The notes beneath the pieces are model-generated. The model ran no database searches. It was not told the origin of the DNA and saw nothing but the letters and a program-made list of their open reading frames with translations. A DNA stretch of 63,326 bases, counting the filler, from Cercozoa sp. M6MM (taxonomy: Eukaryota; Protista; Endomyxa: Ascetosporea), in the NCBI GenBank assembly GCA_040357565.1. It is 11 parts of 11 records of this genome, joined end to end, with 100 filler letters (N's around TTAATTAATTAA, not from the genome) between each part and the next. Parts side by side here need not be neighbours in the genome. Positions count along the whole stretch, not along the records: positions 1 to 15,041 come from JBDODJ010000313.1; 10 more parts are not named here. One strand, 5' to 3'. How positions within the stretch are numbered: position 1 is the stretch's first letter; the number at the start of each line of letters is the position of its first letter. Positions 1 through 12,598 of this stretch are shown here, piece by piece. The translations under genes and the position numbers were made by a program.

Positions 1-68
<68 letters not shown>

Positions 69-90
69 GGGGGGGGGGGGGGGTAAAACG

Positions 91-3000
91 TCAGCGAGTA
101 CCTCGCAGCCACAGTTTCAACAATGCCGCCGGCAGGTGCGGCGACTGACCCGGCACGCTGTAGTCCTTGCCTACCCGAGAGGGGAGGGTAAAGGGGGAGG
201 AGGATGGAGGGCTGAAACTCCTACCGGCATCGAACTGCTTCTTGAGTGCGCGCAGTTCCTCCTCCTGCGCCGACACGCGGAAGATGCCCTCGGTGCGCAG
301 ACCGGCTCCTGTCCAAACCGACGGTCCAAACAGTGTCAAAATGGTAGCCACTTGGTCCACATGAACCAGTGTCCTAACAGGACGGGAGAATATACCCAGA
401 GTGGTCACTGCCTCGGTCAGTGTCGTCACCAGTCGCGGCACTTCGTCCGGATCACTCGTGATGCCGTTCTCCTACATCAGGGAGAGGGGTAACGAGGGGG
501 GGGGGGGGGAGTAAAGGGACAAACCGTACCATCTCAAGCTTCTTGCACAACTCGAGCGAGTGGAACACTGACGGTCGGCCCTGTGGCAACAGAGGTTTCG
601 CACGTTATACCCAACCTGAAAGGTGACACATTCTCCTACCAGCACATCGTAGCAACGCGGCGGCAGATCGGCCGTCAACGGCTCGGACAAGCCGCCACCT
701 GCGACATGAATCACTTTGTTGCAACACAAGAGCACAGACACAAGAAGAAACGCCTACATCGGTCCAGTCGAGCGTTTACAAAGTTCGCTATGTCCTGCCA
801 AAAACAAAAACTATAGATACAAAACTGTCCCATGCAAAGCACAAGACACTAACGCACCTTGTCAGCGTCCGTCTCCGACACTGCGGTCGCCAAACGCTCG
901 TTTAGCGTGCCGAGCGGCTCCTACAGACGCCAAAATTTACAAACAGTTTTTGGTTTTCGGTTAGAAAGCGGACAAGTACCGTAGCACGACGCAGCGCGTG
1001 CTGGAGACCCTCCAAGCACTGGAACTGAACCTGTGGGAGCACATGATCAGCATTAGAGCGACACAGCAGCAATGTTGAGTTGAAAAACCCGAAAATGTAC
1101 CGTGAGTCGGTCACGCTCAAGTTGCTGCAGATCATCGAGAATAACTGGCAAGTCGCTGTTGACGAGCGCCGTCTTCTGGGCGTTAAAGTTCTCGATTGAT
1201 GCCTCGTACAGCTGTAGGGCCACACGAGACACTCAGTTTCGTTTCAGACACAGTTTTTGCAGTGTGGCCAAATGATTTGTTGTCTGTGTTGTGGTACTTG
1301 GTTCTGCTGCACGGCCTTTTGCGTGAGTTCGGCGAGTGCAGCCTCCGTGTTGTTGCCTTGCGCAATGGCCTGACATGCACATACAGCACATGAACAGTGT
1401 TGTTTGCAAATCCAACAGGTCGGGATACCTTGGCCTTTTGCTTGCGCATGAACTTGCTGAAACGCGAGGTTTCGCGCTTGTGCTCGCCCTGTGTAGCCAG
1501 CACAAGTGCGTACAAATGTACCCAGTTCAGTCCAGTTTAGACCAGTACAGACTGAGTCTATGTGTACCGAAGTGGACGGCGTACCGCCCGCCATCTGCTC
1601 GCGCACCATGAGCACGGAATCGGCGGCCTGTGGGAGGGGTAAAGAGTGGGACAGGGGGCGAGAGACAAGAGCATACCTTGATAGTGCGATCGCGCTCGCT
1701 GAGCATGACACTTTTCGCCTGCTGCTGTCGCGCTCGCGCGGATTTCTCGCGCAGCAAGAGTTCCTGAGTGAGGGGGGGGGGGGAAGGGTCAGGGATAGGA
1801 CTGACTAGGACAGGTCAAACCTTGAGTGGCACTCGTGCACTTTCGCGGAAGGATTCCGGCTGCGCTGTGCCTGCTTCGCATCTGGGAGGGGGGTAAAGGT
1901 AATGGTAAAGGGATGGGAGGGGTGCAACTACCTGGCAGCCACCTCGCCCACGAGCTGTGCGAAAGTGTCGACATAGCTGATGAAGCACTCGTGCGCACCA
2001 TGCGCTCGCATTGCACCGTCGCGCGGAATCTCGGCCATCTGTACCACCCACAAAGTACTTCCCAGACTAACAAACACACAGAGAGAGGGACCCCAGCGTA
2101 CCTTACGTCGCTCGTTCAGCACAATCACCGAACACTTCTCGCTGAACTGCTGCGCCAGCGATGCGAACTTTCGCGTGAACCTAAAGGCAGGGGATAAGGG
2201 AGGAGTAGGGGAGTAGGACAGGGCTAATGTACTTGTAGAGTCGTTCCAGACGCGACAGACCGTTCGAGACTTGTTGTGTGCACTACATTAATATTAGAAC
2301 TATACATATAAATATACAATGTATATTGTAATACACATAATAATAATATATATATAACACACATGCAATATATATCCCCCTTAACCAACAGCGGTCCAAA
2401 GCTACCGAATCGAACATGGGCACAAGGTCGCGGTAGCCCTTGGATCGTCCATTGTTGCCACCGTCTTCCTCTGTCCACCAGACAAAAAACAAGCCATCCA
2501 TCAAGACACTTCGCTGCGGAGAAACATAAAAAGGAAACCGTCAAATCGCGCGAGTGCATCTTCAGTATCGTCCACGAGATCCGAGAGGAAATCGTCGTCC
2601 TACAGTGTGTACATATTGTACCGTCCTCCATGTAACTAGGACAGTGTAACTAGGGGACGCAGGACAGTGTACCTCATCGCCGTGCCGATCGATGCGCATG
2701 TCCAGCGATGGCATGTCGGTGGGCGAGGCACCCGGCGTGAAGAACACCTGCCGACGCGCGTGCCGCTGCTGCTGAATCTCGGCCATCTCGCGCTCGAACT
2801 CGGCCGCGTCCACCACGAGCGACTCGGTGCGGCCTCCCTCCGACTCGACACCGGCCTCCTGCTTGGTCTGCTGCTCGGTCAGCTTCGATGCTGCCATCCT
2901 GCTCTCTCTCTCCTGGCTCGGACGTTGCGGCGGCGGCGGCGGCACCGGCGAGCCTACATGGCAGAGGGCAGGGTGTAAATAAGGGTGTAAGCCGGGGGGT

Positions 3001-4700
3001 AAATCGCATACTCTGCGGCGACGCGAACGGGTCCAAATCGGCCAGACTGGCATGCTGCTTGTGATCGGCACCCGCGACCGTTTCGATCTGTGTTAATTGA
3101 GTCAGTAGTAGGCGTCCCAGTACCTGTCCGCACTGTCAGACAGCACAAGACTGACAGTACCTGCTGGCCAAAGTGCGTGTCAAAGTTGTCGGCCATCTCA
3201 TCCAAAACCGCGTCGGAAAAACCGTCGTCATCCTGGGGGAGGGAGTACGATGATAGTATAGTACATGGACAGTACATGGACAAGCTTGTTCAAGAAAGGT
3301 ACTGGCGGCGGCGGTGGCACGAAGCTGTCCTCGCTGACGTCGAGCGACAGGTCAGCCTCGTCGTACTCGTCGCGCTCCTCCACCTCGGGACTGCTCTGAC
3401 CGATCACCACTGTGTCGTCGGCTTCCTCGTTCTCCGACGTGCGGCGGAACCGAGCTGCGCACGTGCCAACCCAGATCACTGGCCCACGTGCCAACCCAGT
3501 CACTCAGTGTCACGTACCTGCAGCAGCAGCCTGCATGGCCAGCGACATGTGCATCGCGCTTCTGCAGATACCCAAGAGGTAGGGGGTATAGGACAGGGAG
3601 ACAACACGGGTACCCATCGAGGTCCATGGCGGACTTCTGACGCCGGTGCGGCAGCGGCAGTGGCTACACACACATACCAAGGGTCCAAATGGACCACACT
3701 GGGTCCAAATGGACACACGCACGTACCGGCATGGTCGGCACAGGCAAGGCAGGCGCTGGCATCGTCACAGCGTCGTCGTCGCTGTCGGATGGTGGCGCCG
3801 GCGGTGGGCCTGTCCATATGTACCGGTCCAAATGAGTACCACACGGTCCAAATGTACCACACAGTGTACGACATCGGTCCACACGGACAAGTGTACCCAG
3901 AGGCGACATGGCCGGCGACTCGGGCACGTGGAGTTCGACATCGTCGGCGATGTCATCGATACTTGAGGCCACGCTCTCGTTCAGCGACTGTCCATTTGTA
4001 CAGTCCATTTGTACAGTCCAGTGGTGTACAGTCCATTTGTACAGTCCATTTGCACAGTCCATTTGTACGGGACCAAATGTGCGTACCTGACGAGAGCGCT
4101 GTCGTCGGTGCCGCTCCGTAAGCTGCGCCATCACCGAGGACAGGTGTCCGCGCGGAGTCGAGCCGCCCAGCTTGATGCGCACCGTGCCTTTGCCACTGCT
4201 GCCACTCTGCTGTCACACGTGCACACTCAGACAACACACAGACACAGTCAGGCAGGTCACACACTCCTCATACCGGCGGAGGAGGGCCAACAGGCAACGA
4301 GGCCGGCACAGGTGTCACATTCAGCTGCAAGACAAACATACAGCGAATGGGAGAACATCACTCACACCTGGGACACTCAAAGTACCGATGACGAGGCCGA
4401 CGACGGCGCAGGTGACAACGACGGTGTCGTCTGCACGGTTGACAACCACCTTCAGACAGTCCTTCAGGGAACAAGTGAAGCATAACATACCGCCGTCGAA
4501 CCCGAGCGGAGACGCACGCGAATCACGCGCTTTGGTCTGTTTTAGAAGGCATAGAGGTAGGAGCAACAGACACGTGCACAGGTAAAGGCACACAAGCCGC
4601 AGTAAGCAACTCAAAAACAAGAAAACACGAGATCAGGAGAGGCGGGACACCACCACCCGCAAGCAACACAGTGAAGCACAACATACGGGTTCCCCGACAT
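91..4700 (-). CDS. F-BAR + RhoGAP protein with a long disordered acidic N-terminus (multi-exon; 3' end runs off the window; 5' end uncertain)
   Basis: Spliced exons give an F-BAR-like region (GYRDLVPMFDSVSNGLSRLERLYKFTRKFASLAQQFSEKC ... LYEASIENFNAQKTALVNSDLPVILDDLQQLERDRL) and then a RhoGAP (VPRLVTTLTEAV..GLRTEGIFRVSAQEEELRALKKQFDAG..PHLPAALLKLWLR) with the arginine finger in GIFRVS. GT-AG introns. Confidence 0.8.
3985..4075. repeat. Intronic tandem repeat, about 13-bp unit gtccatttgtaca
   Basis: About five imperfect copies are directly visible. Confidence 0.8.
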
Positions 4701-4894
4701 CAACAAGAGACAGGCCCCACTTGATCTACCTGCCTACTGTCCTGTCTATTGTGTGCTCGCTGGCGATGACCGTGTCTATCAATCGGCTCGTGCAGGTCGG
4801 TTTTGGACCACGGATGATCCAGAATCCATTCCTTCCGAGAAATTCGCTACAGACCCATTACAGTGTGTTGCCGTATCTGCACACAACAGCAGGG

Positions 4895-7120
4895 ATGTCT
4901 AAACATCCTTTAGTGGTCGAACTGGACGGGAGATCGACATGTGTCAATGTTTTGCTCAGCAGTAAGTTGAGCGTAGTTGTGCGCAAGGTATCGCTTAAGA
5001 TTTTTGCTTGTAAAAATCCCCATTTACTGTGCTAATTCTGCCTGTGTGGCACTTTTCATCGGATTATTCGAATGTTCACTTTTGACAGGCTGTCAGGCTG
5101 CTCCGCGTGGAAGAGGGACGCTTTTCGATTACCGATGTTGCGACGGGGAAGCAATTGCGTAACGATCAATCTGTACGTGCCGCACGCCTTGGCAAAAATG
5201 CGCGAATTCGCCTGAGGCGCCGTGGCTCGGCTTCTCAAGCCAGTCAATCTCGATCGCAATCTTCCTCGACTCTGGCGCAGAACAGCGACGAGAGAGTGAG
5301 AGTGGTGCTCAAGCTTCCTGAAGGAGCACGCGTGCAAACGACGTGTCCAGCAGGCGTGACGTTGTGGCAGTTGCTGGAGCAACTCGACGCGCATGACCAG
5401 AGCTTGCGTCTCACGCATCGCTTTGGCTTGCCATCCTCGCGTGTGCAGCAGCTTGCTCCTGGCATCGAACTCACTGTGCAACGAGAATCCGCGCTTGTCC
5501 CCGAACTTATTCTCGCGAATCATTCACTCGGTATGCAAGCTTTAAGCTTACCTACCGTGTGTATGTGATTCCTTTCTAGGTGCTGGAAAGGCTCAGCTTT
5601 CGCAAATTCAAGTTGGGAGTCTTCCCACTTCCGGTGGTCTGGCCTTTCAGGTACACTGACTCTGATGTACATTTTTGTGAAATACATCTCCTACGGTTAG
5701 GTGCGGTTTCAAGTCGACCCAGACCACATCGTGTCGGACACAGAAGTGCAGCGCACGCACTCAATGTTCGCGCAAAAGTTCGCACAGGCGATGGAAGAGG
5801 AAGCGGCCAGCGAAGAAGACCGAAAGGAACAACTTGAAACTGACAGTGAAGAGCACGCGCAGTCGAACGAACTGTTAGAGCCGACTGATGAGTGGCGTAA
5901 TTTGCGCGTTTTCCACGTGCCACGCGGACGTCGCTTTGACCCTCGAGTCTTTGGTACTTGGAGCTCCTGTATTGGTCGGCACTGTTTTATTTTTTCTGTT
6001 TGTATGCAGAGCAGCCCACAGCGTTGTACGACGTGACAGCTGCCGATGTTCGACTGACTCGAAATGCTCTACGTCTGGCTCAAGCGAATCCTGAGTTGCG
6101 TCAGAGGTCACTTTGTTCAATATATCATTCGCGTTTTCTCTTATTTTCTTGGCTCACCTCACAGAGTACAGGAGAAACGGAAGAGACGGCGCATTTCCAC
6201 TGAAGTAGTGGTCAGTTGTTGTTACTGTTTTGCGTTCCTTTTTCCATTGACTTGTTCCCTCTGCCACAGGTGAGGATAAGACTGCCACAGCAACACATGT
6301 GCGAGCTTCGAATGCTGGCTCACGAGTCGGTGGAGACGCTGCACTCCTTTCTGCTTGAGCAACGTACCTATTTTGTGTTTTCTATTGGTTGTGAGGTTCA
6401 CGTTGTAGTTCGTTAGTGTTCAAGCACAATGACGCGGTGCGCGTGGACTTGGTGATGGCACCTCCGCGGACAGTTCTGACCGATGCGAGCAATCGCGAGC
6501 GCCAGTTGTCGTCATTTTCGTCAGCGCGACTGATGCTGAGTGCGGCCTTTACGAGTGTCGACACTGGTGCTGCGCTCACTCCGTCAGCGCAAGAGGTGCT
6601 GCGACCGAGTGTTCTGAACAGCGTGATCACAATGCCGTCTGCGGTAGTGGTATGTGCTGTCTGTTGTGCTGCTGAACATGTGTCGTACTATACTTTGATG
6701 CAGGCCGAAAAGATTCACAAGGCCAAAGAACTGCGTTCGCAACTCGACGACACTGCTGTGCGCACACTTCACGCCATTGTACCTCTTCTTTTCTTAGACT
6801 GGGATTTATCGTATCAGTTTTGTATACCTACGATGTAGCTGAAGAATGCCACGGCACCTGATGAAAAGAAGCGAACGCTGCGTGATGACAATCCTGCACT
6901 GCAGCGACGACTGTGGCATCTGCTGCGTCGCGCACGGCCGGCCGACGCGAGTGACGCCGAGGAGACAGAGTCGATAATCGACATGGAGTGTGCTGTTGCC
7001 GCCATCCTCAACATGGCCGGCTTTCAGCACTCCGCCGAGACTCGTGCCTGGCAGCTTCCGCTCAACTCGGTGGATTCTGAGTTGCTCGCCGGTCTCGCCG
7101 CTGCTCTGTCGCCTACCTGA
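4895..7120 (+). CDS. ASPSCR1: TUG/ASPSCR1-like p97 cofactor (UBL-UBL-UBX) with a C-terminal PUB-like domain
   Basis: N-terminal UBL (MSKHPLVVELDGRSTCVNVLLS..QSVRAARLGKNARIRL), second UBL (VRVVLKLPEGARVQTTCPAGVTLWQLLE), RNLRVF motif, UBX (VRIRLPQQHMCELRMLAHESVETLHSFL..LVMAPPRTVL), then AVRTLHAI/LKNATAPDEKKRTLRDDNPALQRRL..AILNMAGF (PUB-like). Stop TGA at 7118-7120. Confidence 0.65.
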
Positions 7121-7445
7121 CGTGAGTGCATGCCACACATCTAACGCAAGGTCGACCATGGCGTTGATTGATCGGATAATCATACTAGCCGAGCGTAGCT
7201 ATCCGACTCAGATTATGCGGTCTCCGCGGGATAAACCCAAGCTGACCGGTTGATCTACTACCATCGAAGCAAAAGAGTTAAGAGCTAGTGGCTCTGTGGT
7301 ACTGCTGCCTACAGAGCTGTGACAACGTCAGTAACACGTATCTATGCCGATGATGCATCGCATAGCACTAGTATCGTTCGGTTAATCGGTGTTGGACTGA
7401 TTGCTTCGCGTGCAGTTGGTTGACGTGAACTAATTGAGTCACAGT

Positions 7446-8460
7446 TCAGCTGGCCTGTTCTTGCTTCTCATCATCCGAACCGTCGGAAGAATCGTCGGAA
7501 GAATCATCGGAAGAGTCGTCGGAAGAATCGTCGAACCAGTAGACGTCGTCGTCGGAGGGAAGCACCGAGGAGCCAAAGGCCAGGAAACGACGCCACAGGG
7601 CCTACAGAACAAAATTATTCGTTCGAAGCAACAAGTACAATGCAAAAAGCAAGGGGAGGGTACAATCTTCTCATTAAGGTCAGCATCGAGAGGATCTCCC
7701 AGTCTAAAAAACTCGACTGTTGTGAGACTGAAGAGTGAGACAAGAAGGCAAGCATACCCACAGTCGGCTCGCTTTACAGGGCGCTTTTTACTTTGAGCCT
7801 CCTGTACGAAATAAAAGATCCATACTTGTTATGTCTACCGAGTTATTATGACGTATGATGAGTTGAACAATGTACCTGCAATTCGAGGGCGTCCCAGCGC
7901 TTGCTCTGGTTGTTGAACTTGTCCTGCAATGCCGCACGCAGCGGCGTCTCCCGCAGTGCGAACTGCACCTGCTCCACGAGCTGCTTGAGTCCCTGTCAGT
8001 GTGTTTGCATTGCACCAAGTGCACTTTTAATGTGCTCCTTGCACATCATACTAGAGAGGGTACAATGAAAAAGCTAGGCGCATCGGGACGCGACACGAAG
8101 AGTCTGGCACCGATCACATTGGCACGCAGACGGCGCACACGAGTTGGTGCGATCACCTCTGCCTCCTGCACACAGACACAGAGGCACACGTTTCTCCAAC
8201 CTTCCCCAAACCTGCAACTGCTGATGTGAAAGGAAAATACAGGCAGTGCCGCCTTGAGCATGTCGTCGAAGCCATCCTGCAGTGTGACACCTCCCGACAC
8301 CACCACGATCGGTTGGTCTGCCGGGGAGGGATGCGTACTCACTCACATATACACAGAGGTTGTTGGTGTACCAGAGGATATCTCGTTCCACATGCCGAGA
8401 CTCTGTCGGACAAAGTCGACAAAGCCCCTAAAGACAGAGAGGATAGATAGGACTAGACAG

Positions 8461-8515
<55 letters not shown>

Positions 8516-8773
8516 AAGTGGAAGAGCATGGCAGTTGGTACGACAAGTCGACAGAGTCGGGCACAAACATTTTGGGCCGACCTCGCGTGCGACGCTCCAG
8601 CACACGTCGCTCAGGCGACGGGTACCTTCTCAAAACGGGCTCAGTCGGTCCAAAGTATGAACAGAAGGAAGCCAAAAACCCAGAGGCACTTAAATTACGA
8701 GAGCCCATCGTCCTCTTCTAGATCGCTATCGAGGCTGCCGATTGGGACTGCATACACTCAGTATATATGCATA

Positions 8774-8814
<41 letters not shown>

Positions 8815-10966
8815 TGTATATGTAAGATTTATAAGATAAAAAAAGATATGTATATCTGCGCTAGTAAACCATCAAAGACGTTGCCTGGCGCAGTCTGTGG
8901 CACCAGCATCTTGCGACGTTTCTCACGCCACGGCAGCCACTCCTTCCTGTGTGTCCAACAAAAGGGAGGAGAAGTAGACCACTAGGTAGAACATGTCGTG
9001 TCTACATGGCAAGGAGTCTCGCGCCCTCGACGAGCGCAACGACGGCGCACGAGGGCGACACGTGTGCCACCAGTGCCGACTCCCTGCCCGACGCCAAGGC
9101 AGTCAGAACAGGCCTATCAAATGCACATGCACACATGTCTATGTACAGATATAAATAAAAAAATAAATAAATAAATATAAAAAAATAAATAAATAAAATA
9201 AATAAATATAAATATATATATATATTAGGTTCACTGAATAAATATATATATATATATGACAAGGCACGCCTCCACGGCCGCGATGAAGGTAGAGGCAGGA
9301 GACGTGTAGGTACGACTCGTCATTAGCTGCGTCATCAGTTGCGCCAGTTCCACACTGCGTGTCGCATGCCGAGATAACCATGTCGGGGGGGGGGGGGGTA
9401 AAGGGCAGGAAGTAAAGGGCAGTCTCGTACCATCCCATCGACCACGGCTTCACCAGCAGCAACGGCGCTGTATCGTACGACATGCTGTACAAACATACAT
9501 TAACATATACAGACATACAACAAAGCAGTCTGTACTGAGTCTGAGCAGCGCGAACAGCCGCTTCCACATCGACTGCGAGGCATGGCAGGAACAAGCATAA
9601 GTACGGAAGAAGGGGAGGGGCTTAAACCAAAGTACATTGATGCATCTGACCGCCACCGATGCCCAACAGATCTGTCAAACTACGGGAGGCCAAGTAGGGT
9701 GACAGGGGGCATAAGGGGTCGGGAGGTAAAGGGGGCATACGCGCAACGAGACCCGAAGCGCCGACGCATGGAGTACGCGAACTTTGCCTGCAGCTGCGCG
9801 ACGTCCACTGTCGTTATGCGCTGAACACATGGGGGGGGGGGGAAAGGGGGGGGGGGGGTAGAATGTCCTGACTACCTCAATGCGATGTTGCCACAGGAGG
9901 TGCGAACGACAGGACTCGAGATACGTTTGATTCACGTCGTGGTCGCCCGGCAGATCTTCTGTCCAACAAGGTCAGCCAGTCAGTCAGTTAGTCAGGTCAG
10001 TCAGTCAGTCAGGTCAGTCAGGTCAGTCAGTCAGGTCAGTCAGTCAGAGGGTACCTTCAAATCCGGCAGAGGCAGGGTCGAAATGGACCAGTGGACGCAG
10101 TACACGGACGTTTTTGATCGACCTGTTCAAAGGAGGATCGAAGTCGTACAATTGGACACGGTGGCTACAGACAAGAGTGGCTACAAGAGTGACACGTACG
10201 CTCCATAGGACACGAAGTGATACGGCGTGCCGAATGACTAGGTGGTCAAGGCAAGGCCAGTCAAGGTAAGACTAGGTAAGGCTAGGTAAGCCAAGTACAT
10301 AGCGCCGTTCCAAAGCCACAACCGACGGCATCAGTTTCAGCAACGACGGCGCCTGGAAGCGCTCCCTGCAGGCACAACATCACACATGTCCCCCCAGTGG
10401 CAGTACTCCGCTGGGACAGTGCGAACTCATTTGTACCACAGGTTGTACGGCACGGGGAGTCGGTATTGTTTGCGTCTGACATCGATAGAGATAGAGACCG
10501 GTCAAAACTGATGCTTCCCCATGGACAGTCCTATGTACGAGTCGGCGACATCGGCTGAAGTGACATGATCCAAGATGACGTCCTGTCCACATGATATACA
10601 TATATATATATATATCTATATATATTGATATATATATATATATATATACTGTAAATAATAAATAAGATATTATTTAAGTCTACCAAAACAGAGTCGCTGT
10701 CGCTGTGCTTGAGCGCAGCTTTCACTGTGCACATACGGGGACTGAGATGACAGGAGGAAGAAGAGGCGACAGAAGACAAAGGTACATGCAGCGGGCGACA
10801 CGGGTGGATGGGCCAACTGCAGCGGCAGCAACGTCTCCAGCAGTCGACGGTGCAGCAGCTTGCGCCGCTCCCTCGCTCGCTCTGTTCGCACACATATAGA
10901 GTGTGTATACACAGATAGGCTGGTAGATAATATAGATAGACGGATAAGATGGATAGACAGGCAGAC

Positions 10967-11001
<35 letters not shown>

Positions 11002-12555
11002 GAGATAGATAGATAGATAGATAGATAGAGAAAGAGAGAGAGAGATAGATAGATAGATAGACAAATGATGTACATCTATATATTGATAGATATAATAGAT
11101 ATAGATGATACCTACATATAATACTAGGTACATACACAACAGGTCACCTTGCGGGGTGGAGGACATGCGTCGCACTTTCTGGTAGCTCGGAAGCACGTCG
11201 CTCCAGTGGCCGTACAAACCGTCGATATCATCAGTGACACCGTCAGTATCATCAGCGACACCGTCAGTATCATCAGTGACACCGTCGGTATCCTTCAGCA
11301 GCTCCTGGATCAGTCCGTGCTCCAGCGGAAAGTCCAGCGAGCCCATCACTGAACTGCAAGGGAAGGGGGTAAACAGGGGGGTAAACAGGGGGGTAAAGGT
11401 GTCGAAACTAACCTGCGGGCACCGAGTTCCAGAAACAAGCAGAGACCGAACACGCTGTTTTTGAGACTGACCGTACCTAGGCAAATAGGTCAAGGGAATG
11501 GTCAGGGGAAGGGTCAGGGAAGGGTCAAAGGAAGGGACAGGGGAAAGAACAGCGGAGGGGACAGCGGAAGGGTCAGAGAAAGGTACTCTCGTTGCTGTTG
11601 CGGTCGAGTGCGAGATCGATCTTGCACCGTGCGCCAGCAATTTGACTGAGGGTAGGGTAGGGGGTAGGGGGGTTAGGTAAAGGGGGTAGGGGTGGGGGGG
11701 GGGGGGGTAAAGCTACCGTCCATAGGCACGGCACCAGTCGTCCAAATCGGGAGTGTTTCCGTGCCACGGCGACGTCTGCCTCTTGTGCGCGAACAGTGCC
11801 TGCACACCTTTAACTTTCTTAACCCCCCTTAACCTCTCTGAACCCACTTAACTCCCCTTCACCCCCTTAACTTTCCCTTCACCCCCTTTACTCCCCATTC
11901 ACCCCCTTAACACCCACTCCTTAACCCCCTTAACACCCACTCCTTAACCCCCTTAACCCCTACCCGTTAACTAGATTATTTTACAGAACGCAGCGGAAAC
12001 AAAGTTGGAAATTTCGACGCGAACTTTCGCTTCCACAGGGAGCTGCCTGCTGTCGTTAGCGCCTCTGGAGGGGGGGGGGGTAAAGGGGATTAAGGGGGTA
12101 AAGGGGGATTAAGGGGGGGGGGTAAAGGGGGCTACCATGCCAGTGCCTGCAGGTGCGTGCCATGGCAGCGACGTCGGCGTCCTTAACAAAAACAGCGACG
12201 TGTCTCAGCAGATCGCCAGCCATGCTGTTGTTGTTTCTCTTGTTGTTGTTTCTCTTGTTGTTGTTTTTCTCGTTGTTGTTTTTCTCGTTGTTGTTTCTCT
12301 TGTTGTTTTTCTTGTTGTTGTTGTTTTTCTTGTGATTGTTGCCACGAGTCATGTCGTGATTGGAGGGCAGACTGGCACGCAACTCCACCGCCGCCACAAA
12401 GGCCTCGGTCGATCCTGAATGACAAGGGGGGTAAAGGGGTAGGAGGGGGGGGGGGNNNNNNNNNNNNNNNNNNNNNNNNNNNNNNNNNNNNNNNNNNNNN
12501 NNNNNNNNNNNNNNNNNNNNNNNNNNNNNNNNNNNNNNNNNNNNNNNNNNNNNNN

Positions 12556-12598
<43 letters not shown>

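Noticed and set aside
3090-4121. 343-aa plus-strand ORF, and similar antisense ORFs such as 16615-17415
   Set aside because: Shadow frames of GC-rich minus-strand exons with no recognisable motifs.
12223-12345. Poly-N/K or QEKQQ coding repeat before the F-box
   Set aside because: Best explained as a phase-2 GT-AG intron, whose removal restores frame between the flanking exons.
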